A stretch of DNA of 63,015 nt, the filler included, from Sluysia triapertura (Eukaryota), in assembly GCA_046118255.1 (NCBI GenBank). It is 5 parts of 5 records of this genome, joined end to end, with 100 filler letters (N's around TTAATTAATTAA, not from the genome) between each part and the next. Parts side by side here need not be neighbours in the genome. Positions count along the whole stretch, not along the records: positions 13,354 to 25,798 come from JBJNIA010108647.1; positions 25,899 to 37,171 come from JBJNIA010186536.1; 3 more parts are not named here. The stretch is one strand, 5' to 3'. Below, one piece after another: positions 13,426 through 27,472 of this stretch. The notes under the pieces were generated by a model. It did no database searches. It had not been told where the DNA came from and was given only the letters and a program-made list of their open reading frames with translations. A program made the translations under genes and the position numbers. The first letter of the stretch is position 1; every line of letters begins with the position of its first letter.

Positions 13426-16400
13426 ACATACTACATTTTGTACATACCCAATTTTCTTTTATTTGTACTTAACAATTTTAGTTATGTTTTCTTAAATATG
13501 ATAAGAATTCATAACACATGTCATATCAAACCTATTTAAAAAATCATTTAATATACTCAGAAAGAAGAGGTGCTTATTTAAAAAGATAAATTATAAAAGG
13601 ATTTAAAAGAGTAATATCATATAAGATCGAATAGTCCCTTCACGATTTTTCTGATTAAATTCTAGATATATTAAAAATCCTACGAGCCTATGTAAGTCAT
13701 GTCTTTTCTAAAGACGAACATATTTATTCACATAAATTTAATATATCAATTAGATAAAAATTAATTTAATATCCCAAGACATTTTAATAATAATTAATAT
13801 TATTATATTAATTTCAATAAATGAGTTCATCTATGATCCAAGGCTTACAAACTTAATGACTTGTCCACATGATTTTGGTGAAAGAATCAGATATCATAAA
13901 CTTATCTTTAATTAGTCAGTTATCACTTTGAAAAGGTTAATAAGGCTACATTTCGTGAACTTTTTTAATGCTATTATTTTTGTAAATTTTATTGATTACA
14001 CGTAAGTCTAGGACTCTTTATTAATTAGCTTAGTTATAAGTGATTTTATGTTCAGGTTTAAAATAGTACGTCGAAAAATTGATTTTATGGGTCTCTTTAA
14101 AATGACTCTTGAAAACAATAATATAAATTAGCCTTATTTTATGAATTTATTTAAAATAGTCCTTTAAGAATACGCTGATAATTTATGAAGTTTGGGAATA
14201 TTTAATAATAGGCAGTTTCAAAAATCAAAATTAATAATATAGGACTAATAAGATAATACGCAGACACACACACACATACACATAATTAGCCAAATGATAG
14301 AAATTGTTTATATAAAAATGATTATAGAAGAAATATTATAGAATTGAATAAATGAAATAGTAGAAAAACTACTATATAAAGAAGTTTTTTTGTGAGACTC
14401 AGAATAACAATTTATTTAGTAATATAAAAGGAGAGTGAGTTTATTTAAAAATTATCGAATATGTTTGGTCAGAGCGTTTGATATTTCATTAGGAAATATT
14501 AAGTGGACTAATATTATTATTGGAACATTATCTCTGAGTACATCAACAAGACATACCATCGTTGAAGAACTTGTTCGGTCAGATCTTTTAAATTAATATA
14601 TTATTTCAACATTTTATTTAAGTCTACCAATTAGGCCAAATATCTAATTTCACGAATAATATAACAAATAATAATTGTTAGTACAGCATTGAAAATAAAA
14701 TTAAAATTTGCTAAACTAAAACAAAATTTGTAAAGTTAAAAGGTATAATAAATTAAATAGAATTTAACAAATATTAAATCTAATTACGTATGGTCACTTT
14801 TTGTAACTTATTTGTAAATAATTTACTTTACTGTTATAAATAAACCTTAATCGAACTTTGTGGTTTTTATTTGACTTAAAGAACGATTTGAATAAACTAA
14901 CACACTTCATTTTATACATAAGTAAAACTCTGACTTCCAGATACATTTAAGACATAAACTGGAAATCAAGAAGTTGATAAATTATTATACGAATATTTAT
15001 GTTTAACGAATTTTAAATAATATTAGCGTAAAAATAATACCCTACAATGTGAATATTGACCTACAAAATTTTCAAACACAATTAAGTGTACGACATAAAT
15101 TATATACAAATGATGATACTTTGCTGAATCATTGAATACTAATATTTTATCAAGATTTTATAGGTCTATTTAAAATGATTGTGAAAAAACGATTACAAAG
15201 ATTTTACTTCTGTTTTAGCACCTCTTAAACTAGATACAAACTTATTAAAATAAACTAAAGTAATTTTTATGATAGATCAGTAAAGTGTTAACACAAATTT
15301 GAAAATCAGTAGGTGCAATGGAATTGTTTTAATAACTAATTTAATAATTAATTTTAATAGAATTAATTTAATAACATTTGTAGGTAACAATTATCAGAAA
15401 TAACAAGTCTTCTAGACTTTTAAAATGATTATAATTATTATTGTTTAAATTATTATTATTATTTTAAATTATTACTATTATCTTAATATTATTGTAATTA
15501 TATTATTTATGCTATTATTATGAAATTATTATTATTATATTATTTTTACCGTGAATTATGAAAAATGCTTCATTACCATTGCATTTATTTTGAACCTAAT
15601 TGAGTTAGTACTTACCTTTCTCTGCATAGAATATAAATTTAAAAAATGTGAAATATTGATCAAATTAAGGTTAACGTTAATTATGATTTGAATGTCGTAT
15701 TCAATAAGTTCATAATTCAAAATTTTAAAATATCCGATACTTTCAAGAAAACATAATACTGATGCAATAAAGTAACGAATACGTGAACTCTAAAGTGGCC
15801 GAGAATATGTTGACGATGAAAATTAAATAATGTGGGTTTATAATGAAAATTACCTACCTAAATAGTCCATATAGCTTTCACTTATAACAATACCAGTCTT
15901 TACAACGCGTATTTGTCTATAAAATTTTAAAAAATTTATATCATAACATCAACAGAAATTATTCAATACTTCTATTAATAAAAATCTTGTTTAATTTTAA
16001 TTTAATGAAAAGTTCACTAAATTTGACTTTATACCTAGTCTTCATTCTATGTTACACATTTTATTGGGACTATTTTAACGTGTTTTATTAAATGGTTACA
16101 AATTATCTGAAGTTTAACCATAACATAATTAAATATTGCGTAATTTGATGACTCAGTGATTCTCAAACACCCACTTTCTAACGGTTCCCGTAACCAACCA
16201 CTTATTCGTAAAATCCGAGTTTTGCCGGCTCCCGCGCTCTAGCGATACTATATGCAGAACATGTTAAGCCTCTTCCGCAAATAATATGTTAATTTACATA
16301 TTGCATTTATTTACTTCTTACATCAATTCGACTAGCTTATCGGTTTACAATTTACAATTACTTTCTTAAAAATTGTTTATATTTGGAAGTTCGTTATATT

Positions 16401-16919
16401 TGTCTCTATATTTATGTTATATGTATTTCGAACCTTAATTAGAGTCTCCAATCTCTGTACCATGAAAAATACTGATAAATTATTTCTAAGTAATAATGCT
16501 CATTTTGCCTTTAGATCAAATTTTCATTTTTCAAAATAAATTTAAAATCATTATCACTGAGATTATAATGCTTCTATCTCTGCGTAATTATGTAATATAA
16601 AATCAAAAGTTACTAACACATTACGATTAATTTTAAATTGAAATTGTATAAATGATCATTTTAAATTGAGACAACATGAAATTAAAATTTAAAAACACCA
16701 AACCTTACTATTATAGTCAATAAAATCATTTTAAAATAAATATTAATAACAATAATATAAAACTTTAAGAGGATAAATTCTATCAAAATTATCTTAAAAC
16801 CATGATTTAGAATATTATAATAAATAATTAAAATTATATTAAATTAGGATTAAATATATTAATAAATAATTTAATAACATTATAATCGATTAAAATTAAA
16901 GATTAGATAGAATAAATAA

Positions 16920-17095
16920 AATGTTTAATTTCAGATTCATAAACAAATGTATTGCATTGACAAATTTTAGATTTATAAACAAAAGTATTGTATTCATTAA
17001 ACTTAGATATCTAAATAAAAGTATAGTATTATTCAATTTTAGATTTGTAAATAAAAGTATTGTATTTTCTAATATTAGATTCATAAACAAGTGTT
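16920..17095. repeat. Degenerate 36-bp minisatellite, about 5 units
   Basis: Recurring AATTTTAGATTYRTAAAYAAAAGTATTGTATT; explains the periodic ORFs on both strands. Confidence 0.8.
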
Positions 17096-18569
17096 TCAAT
17101 TAAATATTCTTAGTATGTGATACTAAATTTGTAAATATATTAGTAGTTAGCAATCAAGTCTTTCACAGAATCGTTATATTCTTTAAAGTTTTATCGATTA
17201 CTGTTATAATGTATGCGAAATTGTAAAGCTTCAATTCTATTATTATCAAAAATATGTCGCCGTCAAGCTATGCAGATAATGATACCATTACTGTAATGCA
17301 TTTTGGCTATGTTGTGTTAATGTCATTCGGTTTACAGTTAGAAGTTATCATCCTACTGCAGAATGTGACAGTTCAAATACAAGAGTAAGAAGGTACCTTT
17401 ACGTTTTTATGTGTGATAACTCTTCACTCTATATAATAACGTTGTTGATTTATAAATCATTCTTGTTTTATCTTCGTTTTTATTTTATTATCCTCACAGT
17501 ATTATTTGGGAAATGTTTTTTAATAAAAGTGTTAAATAATTGTATCGGATAAATAAAATTTTCATACTTAATGATTTTCATAATTTGATAAATAAACGTT
17601 TTATTATTTGTTTTTTAACTTACCATTCGAGCCTAAATAAACATTTCATAATGTTGCTTAACTTTTTTTCAATTAACTACTGCACTTCAATATAACAGTT
17701 ACAACATCAGAATCACTTTTCTGATTACTCAGATTAAAAGTTAATATTAAAACTTATCCTAACTGACTTTAACCCTGACATTAAAGTTACCTTTTTCCTT
17801 ACCATAAGCGTTTCCTGCGAAGTTTAGTTATTTCTAATATTTTCTCAAAAATAAAGTTAACTGCATCAGTTAGTTCATCCATAAAACGTCTCATAACATT
17901 TCACTGAAGTTGGAAAAATTACAATCGGCATACAACTTGCACCCAAACTCTCTACTGACTCTAGCTTATCTGCTTTCTGCTAAAGTAGATACTGGTTATC
18001 TATTTTAAATGTGCTCTCATATCTATTTTTGATTCTCAGGGACAGAATTAATACTTAAAAAATTCTAGAAGACACTTAAAGTACTTTTCTGAAGATATGT
18101 GTGATAAATCATAACTAATTTGGATTATATATTATCAGTTGTAAATTATGACGTCATACTTTAGGAAAAAATTTAATTGCCCTAGTCAAAGAAACATATT
18201 TTCCAGATTTGCATTCTTTTTTTATTCTGCTGTAGTTACCAAAGTGAAATATAACGCGAAATGAGGTAGAAAAATTAAATTTGTTTGACATTTGGTCTCA
18301 AAAAAATTTTGAAGTTTTGGGTTGACAAGAATTAAAAATGGAAAAAATTAACTGGTAAACATAAGTTAATGTATAATTTATAAACTATTCGACAAAAGTC
18401 TAAGAAAATTTCTGTACAAATATAAATGTATATTTAAATTTCAAAAGCAAATTTATTTCATTTTATAATTACTTATTATTTTTAGATGTTTCATGATGTT
18501 TATATTTGACATTGCGCCATTTTCAAGTATTGAAAAGTGCAAAACTTTTCCAGATTTTGTAAATCTTTG

Positions 18570-19300
18570 AACAGTAGAAAAGTGGTTTCAAAAACTTAGA
18601 TTGAGGACCTTCAGAACTAAAAAATTGATTTTCAAAACACTATAGTTAAACTCAATCCAAGATTTTCAAATAGAGAAATAGTTACGGTACTTAGAAACAT
18701 ATATACATCTGCTTTAAAGCATTTAAAACCACATAATTTTTAAAGATATCAATTATCATTATTATCAAGAAAAAATATTGAACCATTTTTGGACCAAATT
18801 ATTACGGATAAAAAATGGGTACTGTATGTTAATAAGAATTGCAAAAGCAGAGACACTGTGCAGGTCAACTAACCGAACAGACTCGAAAAACCCTTTCTCG
18901 CATGTTTGGTGAAATGACTAGAGTCATCATTATGAATTATTGAAAATTGATGAAACGGTATCTTCCGACATCTATTGTCATCACTTACATCGTTGAAGTC
19001 AGAAAATGTTACAAGTTCGACTAGCACTGATCAATAGAAATGCATAATTTTGCATCATAAAAATGACTCAGAATGGGTCAACATAATTTAAGTTGGAAAT
19101 TTTTCAATATCTCAGTTATAGTCTAGATATTGTTTAGTTAGATTACCATCTATGTGGCTCCATTCATTCTTAGAAGACAGGGAATGAAAAGAAATGGAGT
19201 ATATAAAACTGGCATTGTCCAAATATTTCAGCTCCAAATCAAAAGGTTTATCACCATCGAGATGGGACAAAGTTATCGAAATGAAAGGATACGTATTTAT
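18570..19300 (+). mobile_element. Mariner (DD34D-type) transposase relic
   Basis: Broken frames give PFLDQIITxxKWVLYVN, HYELLK, ILHH, a YSxD..DYHL remnant (cf. YSPDLAPSDYHLF) and SRWDKVIEMKGY. Confidence 0.85.
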
Positions 19301-19414
19301 TAAACATATTTGGAATTTATAAATATAAATATTTTTTATTTCTTACCTTCTTTCCAGTTTAATTATTAACAAATAAACTGATTATGCGTGGATGGGTGTA
19401 ATTTCTTTCATTAA

Positions 19415-19623
19415 CCCTCAACGAGCCGAATTTTTATGCAATTGTATATATTTTAACATTTCAGATTGATGGTGCTGCCAAACGTCATCAGTATTGTTAT
19501 TTGATATTTCAGACTCATTATATAATTAAGTCGTATACATCATCTTGAGAAAAAACTAAAACTATTTAATAAAATGTAGATGTGTTAGCTTGTGACATGA
19601 AAGTCACATGGGCCCATAGAGGG
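19415..19623. mobile_element. piggyBac-type MITE
   Basis: TTAA-CCCTCAACGAGCC ... GGCCCATAGAGGG-TTAA; degenerate TIRs. Confidence 0.7.
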
Positions 19624-20403
19624 TTAAATTAAATTAACTTTATTATTTTATGTGGAATATTTTGTGTTACTTAACTGAAAAAGTATCGTTGGATCAGACT
19701 TCGGTAAAAGATTATAAAAATTCATTATGACATCTTTTAAAGATTTAACACATGTATTAAATTAAAATATTAATATTCTTTATTTAATTCTAATTTGCAT
19801 TTTAACTAGTACATTCATTTATAATTAATATTGATATTAAACGTAAAGTATTGAATGTACTGATTTCGAATGTGAGATCTACCTAAAAACTTCGAGTAAG
19901 ATATAATGTATGGTAGTTTTCCAAACTTCAAAAACTAAATTAATTTTTAAAATAAAAAAATTAAATTTATTTTAAAATATTTTAATTTTTTATTTTAATA
20001 CTTAGGTCTTTGTGAAAAATTAATTAATTTTAAACATTTTTGTTAACGAGACGCAGTGCACATAACGGTAACAGTGGATACACTAGATAACGAGTGGTCA
20101 TTGTTTGATTGATACTTTTTTATTGTTTAGAATTGTTACTGTGATGCTGAAATAAACTGGTCTTTTAAAAATTAAAAATTAATTTAGTTTAGAAGTTTGG
20201 ATTGCCATGTAAACTTTATAATTTAAATTTAAATTATCGTATATGTTTCGAATATTTTTATTAAAATTCTAAAATACTAGATGTATAACTAGTTAATTCT
20301 ACAAAATAAATCTGATATAAAGTATAACTTTTATTAAGAAAATGAAAAATTTTCAAATGACCTTTACCTGGTATTAGATTTATTAATTATTCCTTTTGTT
20401 TAA

Positions 20404-20554
20404 CTCTTTGCGGTTCACGTTTTTATTAGAGTACTGGTAACCATGTCAAGGTAAATTTTTAGAACAAAATAAATAGATGGAAAAGAAGCACAATTGTAAT
20501 AAATGTACATCAATGATAAATAACCAGTGGTACTGAACAGTGGATCGCAAAGGT
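20404..20554. mobile_element. piggyBac-type MITE
   Basis: TTAA-CTCTTTGCGGTTCAC ... GTGGATCGCAAAGGT-TTAA. Confidence 0.7.
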
Positions 20555-20903
20555 TTAATCAGATGTAGCACTTTTAACAAATGCAAAGGTGGATATATTC
20601 CTAATGTTTGATATACACATTTATTAGTAGTTTCAATAGATGAAAAATAAATTTTAGAAAAAATATCATTTTAATACCACCTAAGGAGCATCATAAAGAA
20701 CTTCGTGAAATGTATAAAGTTTAACACTAGATCTTCAACAAAGTTTATAATCATGATCGTATTATGTGATCTCTAATAATAAATTTAATTATCCAATATA
20801 TATTAAAAAGTGGGAATCAGATACCTAGAAATCATATAGGTATCATGAATTTAAACATTCATACTACTGTTACGTTAAATAATGGTTAAAATAAATTTCT
20901 AAC

Positions 20904-21240
20904 CCATTTCTTGATCACTTTGTGTATTACGTGGTTCTGATTTATCAATGGAAGATTGCGAATTATTATAAAAGCTATTTGTTAGACTAGCACTAGAACT
21001 ACCAACATCAGAATCAACCGTTGTAAATGGTTGTGGCATTTCTCGGAAGAATTCAGACATTTGACTAGCATTACGCCATAAATCATTGTCTTCTTTACGA
21101 CTAGTCACTGGATAAAATAAAATGTTACTCACTGCCTGGATTAATTCAAATTGTACAACACATTTTACTAATAATGTAGCAAAAGTTTGAAGTCGATTTT
21201 CTGATTGAGTAGAGATAGAAGATACTTCAGTTTTTGTTTC
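20904..21240 (-). CDS. Next internal exon of the BIG1/BIG2 Arf-GEF gene
   Basis: Acceptor acacag|GAA is phase 0, compatible with the upstream exon. Translates ETKTEV..FATLLVKCVVQFELIQAVSNILFYPVTSRKED..DQEM, matching BIG FAALLIKCVVQLELIQ..NIVFFPATSKKED..DQGM. Donor G|GTTAGA. Confidence 0.93.
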
Positions 21241-23477
21241 CTGTGTACAAAATGGTTATGAAAACATTATACACCAAATATGGCCTATGTAAATTTTGTC
21301 ACTAAAATAAAAATTCACGCAAAATAACCCATTTTGACAATTTTACTTCTAATTTAATAAAATAAATACCGAAATTTATCGCATCATAATATCATATTAA
21401 TATAAAATCAATAATATTAATATTACATTTGCACATCAACTTTAAAAAACTAATAATATATAAATCAAATACATCAAACAAACGCATTGTAATGAAAAAA
21501 GGATAATTTTATAGAATTTATAGAATCTCATTAAATACAAAAAGACAACAGAATTGCATACATTTTATTAAAATTAATAATTGAGTCTTAAAATATATTA
21601 TTAGTGTTCCTTTCGCCTCGGGAATAAATTCAAAACTCACGCTTATTACAAACAAAAGTAATATCTTAAGAGCATTAATGGAAACGTTTGGTAATGATGT
21701 TATGGTAAACAGAATTCTTCATTTAAATCCATGATTCAAATTTTTTTCATTAATGTATTTAGTTACTTTTGATAATTATTAAAATCACGAATTATGTTGT
21801 CAATTTATTCATCACCTTACTGATGCTTTGAAAAAAATTACTATATTGTGTTAAATTTCTTCTTTAAAAATAAAATCAATAAAATGGCAACATCAGATGA
21901 CGATAATGGTAATTTCCAAATTAATGAAAGTGAACTTTGTAATAAAATTCAAAACTTAATGACACATATGAAAACTTTAAATTGATCATCTTAAGAAACT
22001 GTTCAAATAAAGATAAAACTAAAATAAATCCGTATTTCAGTCGTGGCATTACTAAATTATTTTCTAATTTTAATGAATCTAAATTAAAACAAATTCTTAT
22101 TTGACTTTAAATCATAAACGAATTTATCAGATAAAATGCAATCAAAAGAAAAGATAATATCTAAGAGACTTATCGCACCAATGTATTTAATAAAAAGAGA
22201 TTCAACAAAAATAGATTAAATGATAATGGTTTAATAGCAAATCGAAATTCAATAATTTATTATTTGGATACATAATAAATAAAAATTTGGAAAACTAAAT
22301 ATAAAATTGCTTCTGAATGTAGTAATGATTCGCCACAGGCAAATTCATGCGATAGTATTCAAAACGAAACAAGAAATTTTCAGAAATTAATTTCAAACAT
22401 TCCTTCCTGAATTTAGTTGGACTAACATTTTTTGTTGGTGTTATAAAATTTGATTTGATATTTATTCAGTCAGAATTTTGTCAGGCCTTAAGTCAACCGT
22501 AAATTTTAACAAAATTTATGTAAAAAACTACAAATTTATTAAAAAAACAATAATATCGACATAACAGATAAATCATTATATCCGCAAGAAGCAATCTTAA
22601 ATTATTAAAAATAAAAGAACCTTTAATTCCTCAAATCATTATATTTCAATAGTGACCAAATCAGTTCGAATGACTCAAAATTCAATATTCAGAAAGTCAT
22701 TGAAATTATAAAAGCATTACTGCAATATTATGTACGTTACTACAATATAATATTATTAATGCATTGTAATGGTTTGAAAAACATTTATATAGTGACTAAC
22801 ATTTGAATCCAAATCTACCTTAAAAATTATTTGACTGTTTTAATTATTAGATTTGAAATCACGGTATTATACAATGTTGTCTTGTTTATGTGATGATTTT
22901 TGGTAGCTAATATAGTCACATTTCTAATAAGTGCTTTCTTGTAAAATAAATGTATTTTCAATTGTTCGTGCATATAGCGTCTAGACAAAATCTTTGTCTA
23001 TTTGTTTATTTATTAATCTAAACTGTCATTCATTACATCAACGCATCAAACTTTTATTATATTTTATCGACTTATAAATATATACAGATTTGATATTTCG
23101 ACATATTATGCCATAATTTTTTATACCTAAATTTAGTTATTAATTTTGCTTTCAATAATAAAATAATAATTTTAACAAAATAATCTTAATAATTTTGCAT
23201 TCATGTCTGCTGTATCTACTACTTTTATATTGTCAAGATATAGTTTTCCTTCAATAAATTTCGCTATTCAAAATACAACACTTCTCGAACTATTAATGAC
23301 GCTGCGTAGGTTTTACATTAAAGCAAGATTTAATCTTTAGATACTTTTTGAGAATTAGCCTGAGAAATGCCAATATATAAACAAAACCGATTCAAAATCA
23401 AGAACAAGTTCGACTGATTTCAAAAAATTGGCCTCTACAATAGAAACAAAGATGATTTAGTAAATAATATAACAAAC

Positions 23478-23707
23478 TTGATTATGCTTTCCAGGAGTAT
23501 TCGAAGAATTAGGTTTCCATGTGAATAACTGATCTGGTCTTGTCAATTTAAATACATCTTCAAGCAATGTAACTGTTTTTTTCCAATTATCCAAGTCGAA
23601 TTTAGCACCATTAGATAATACTAATGTTTCTATGCAACTTGTACCAGAACGTGCTAACTGCTCGAAGTCTTGTAGACAACACCATTTTAGTTTATTAAGC
23701 AAATCAT
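23478..23707 (-). CDS. Internal exon of a brefeldin A-inhibited Arf-GEF (BIG1/BIG2, ARFGEF1/2, Sec7 family), C-terminal region
   Basis: Translates DLLNKLKWCCLQDFEQLARSGTSCIETLVLSNGAKFDLDNWKKT..DVFKLTRPDQLFTWKP, matching the BIG motif WCxxQDxEQLARSGTxC..NGxKF. Acceptor AG at 23709-23708; donor CAA|GTTTGT, phase 0. Confidence 0.93.
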
Positions 23708-25900
23708 CTTAATTAAAATCATTATAAAGAATATATAATTCGGGAAAAATCTTTTTAGTGAAAATCACTTCAATAATGAAATTTTTATAATTTTTTAAAA
23801 TGTAAATAAAAATTACATTTTCTTTAAATAATTAAATTTTATAAAAATCATAAAAATCACTTTTAAATTATTAGTTATCGATATTAATTGTACATTTATT
23901 TTATTTTTAATATGTTATTTTCTTAGATATTCATTTGACAGAAATAAGTGAAATAACTGTCAGGATGAAGATAAATTACATAATATTTAAATTTCTTAAT
24001 GCCTTCCGTAAGAAATTCATTAGAATATAAGTTAAAAGGCAACAAAAAAGAAAACACATTCAAAAATGAAAATAAGCACATTAATGTCGGTAAGAATAAA
24101 GGCTTATATGAGCTTTAAAAATAAGCACATCGTAGAAGTGACTACAAACTTTACGAAAGATACTAAATTATTAATAAATAAAAAAGGCATCAAAGAAAAT
24201 AAAGCTAAGAACACAAATAACTTAATATCTAAAAAATACAAACAGGTTTACTTTAGACGAACCGGATAAATAGTTTTACTGTTATGAGAAAGTAAGTAGA
24301 AATAAGATCAGTGATCAAATTTTTAGATATCTTAAAGGTATCTAACAACCGTTCATCAATTTATAGGAGGGTAAATGAATTTGAGAAGTCAAATGTATAT
24401 GAAGATTAGAAATCTTCAATTTATTAAAGGATTAGATAAACAAATAGTCGTCAAAAACAAAAATAATAAAATCAAATCCCATTTATAATTAAAGTCAGTT
24501 ATGGTATAAAATGAGTTTGTAATATTAATTATATTGCTTAATTTTAGGGCAGGTTTTTGTTCTTTATTAGCATATATAACTGTAACGTGATCCCTTTGTT
24601 AAACTTAAAATTTCAACTAAATCTTTTCCCTTTAGCCAATGCTTCACATTAATGCATTTTTTAAATCTGACATTGAAGATGAAAAAGTGAACTTATATGT
24701 TACCATATATTCGCAATATTATAAAATAATGTTTTACAAAAAATCATAGATGTCCCTACTCTTTTGATAAATTAAATTCAAGCAAACCTTAATTTTCGAA
24801 TAACGAACACATAAATAAAGCTAAAACAATTGATATTACATAAACTCAGGTCACATAAATTCATTCTTCAAAATTACCTAATGTTATCTTAATCACAGTG
24901 ATCGAAAATAATATTTTATGTAAAATTCGAATATTTGATCTCAGTTGTATTGTAATATAATATTCAAATTTTTATTTTAATTTTTCAATTATTTAATTTT
25001 CAAAATCTATAATTTATTTAATTTAAAAATAAAAGTATTTCAAAATAAAATTTAAATCATAATCATTGAGATTATAAAGATTTATGTCAATTTAAAATGA
25101 GATTTAATAGAGTTAACATAAATTCATAATTTAATAACTAGTTTAAATTGAAATCAAACAAATTGTCATTTTAAAATGAGATTTTATAAATACAATGTAA
25201 CATTAAATTTGAAGAACATGAAGATCATTCTAATTATGACAGTTAAAATTATATTGAATTGAGATTGAATAAAACTAGTGAACAATTAAAAAATTAGTAA
25301 CATTATTTTCGATCAAAATCAACGTAAATTAAAGAATGGGTGGAACAGAAAGAACAATGTAATATCAAAAGTATTTCAAGATTAAAATCATTAAAATCGC
25401 AAAAGATCATATTAAATTAAGATTGAATATATAAATTATACAATCAAAATTTAATAGCAAACTCAAATAACAGTAGTAATTGTAATGGTTACTGAACTAT
25501 TATGATTATGATTATTATTATCATAATCACTATTATTATAATTATATTATTATTGTTGTTGTTGTTCCTATTATTATTATGAATTACTGAATTATTACTT
25601 TGATAGTTATAGTGATTACTGAATTTAATTAATTATCATCTTATGAATAGTGATTATTATTGTGAACTCTTAAATTTAAAATTACAAGTACACGAATTAT
25701 CATGTAATAAAAACATTGTAAATAGTTACAATAATATTATAAATTTTACATTTATGAAATTATTATTGCAAAATTATTAAATTTTAAATTACATAAATNN
25801 NNNNNNNNNNNNNNNNNNNNNNNNNNNNNNNNNNNNNNNNNNTTAATTAATTAANNNNNNNNNNNNNNNNNNNNNNNNNNNNNNNNNNNNNNNNNNNNTA

Positions 25901-26040
25901 ATAAATGTTACAATTCTCTTCAGTTCGAATTTGTATTTAATAAATGATAAGCCCATTTTATACAAACATAAGATTTCGGATAAGTTGATAAATGTTACAA
26001 TTCTCTTCAGTTCGAATTTATATTTAATAAACGATAAGCC
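25901..26040. repeat. 87-bp-period direct repeat at a contig end
   Basis: ATAAATGTTACAATTCTCTTCAGTTCGAATTT..GATAAGCC at 25901 and 25988. Confidence 0.85.
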
Positions 26041-26544
26041 AATTGTAAATTCTTTTGACTTGTCTTCTAACATACGTATGGGGCTCAGCCAGCTCTATTC
26101 AATTAAAATGTCCAATGAGTTACATTCAACGAATAGTAAAGTTGATTCAAATGCTTCCAAACTCTTTTATCGGGGACAAACCATTTTGAGTCAACTCTAT
26201 ACAAACAAAATTTCAAGAAATTCTGCGCGAACTTATACCTTAGTTTACTGGAAACGATCTCTATCGTCGAAATATAAAGTATTTCTAATTAATCTCTTAC
26301 ATTTTTACGATAAATCACAACACGAACAAACTATAGACCCCATATAGTGTCCCCAAACAAACCCACACCACATTTTTAAAAACTTTTAGTAGCAGCTTAT
26401 ATAAAAATCTTAAGGTATTTTCAGACATTTTTGTAAAAAGCTAATTGAAATTCTGACATAATCAATAAACATAATGGGCTTATTTTATTACAAAATATTT
26501 AATATAGTATTATCGTGTTATCGCCCATAAATGAACTTGTATTC

Positions 26545-26610
26545 ACCACCGGCCCCTGGATCCTTGCAGCGCCCACCAGGAGGCGGTAGCGCCCTCTTTG
26601 GGAATCCATG
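26545..26610. mobile_element. hAT MITE terminal fragment
   Basis: GC-rich CGCCC/GGCGG subterminal motifs ending TTTGGGAATCCATG, similar to the reverse complement of CAGTGGTTCCCAAA. The other end was not found. Confidence 0.5.
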
Positions 26611-27299
26611 ATTTAAATAATTTAAAATTTCTGTTTCAGGCTTTTGTTTTTTCTTCTAAAATCGGTATTCAACTAAATGAATATAGTAATTCGCTGAATG
26701 CACTTATGCACTTTCTAAATCAATAATTAATAATTAATAATTGTTTCTTCTATTGAATTATGTCTATCTTTAAACTGGCTCAATTTCGATAATCCTGCTG
26801 AATTTTCTGCTATTAATGTTGAAGTCTGAGTTGCTGTTTTAACTTCTTTGCCAACTGGAACAGTTTCCACAATCGCCACTAACACTACAATCCCGTTGAA
26901 ATTCAATCCTTTTCAAGTTATATTTGTCATGAAACAATTTCAAAGACAAACTTGAAGTCAGATTGCTACTTAATGATGAAGTTGAAGTAGTTCTTGTTTC
27001 AGGTGTTCTTTTTTTGTTTTCAACCTTGCACTAATGATTAATTTATGTACTAATAATTTGATTAATTTTCTTAATTTTTATCTTGTATTTCTAAGAAGAC
27101 GAAGTAGAAGATAGAAAATTTCTATTAAATTCATCTGATATGACATTGTTTAATTTGGATTCATTCTGAAAATTTTGCACAGACTTACTTAGATATGTTT
27201 GAAGAGATATGTTATTTGTGTTCCGATTGTTGTATATAATTTGTTGCATTGAGTTGAAGTTTGATTAAGAATTTGTTTACTTTTAATTTTTGAGGTAAT

Positions 27300-27472
27300 T
27301 GTTAGACTCCAATAAATTGACTGGTCTGAAATCGAACTTTGGGCATTTCGCTTCACAACTGTGCACTTCGATTCTCTGACTACTGAGATATCAGCTCGTC
27401 TAAAAATTTTGTTTTATTACAGTCAATTGCACTATCATTATTCTATGGCATTTTAGGTCTGTACCCCATACA
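27300..27472 (-). mobile_element. Degenerate full-length copy of the tRNA-derived repeat
   Basis: Reverse complement reads TGTATGGGGTACAGACCTAAAATG..TTAGACGAGCTGATATCTCAGTAGTCAGAG..GTTCGATTTC..GAGTCTAACA. Confidence 0.75.

Noticed and set aside
16896-17103. Periodic ORFs on both strands suggesting a repeat protein or CRISPR-like array
   Set aside because: Explained by a degenerate 36-bp minisatellite with no unique spacers.
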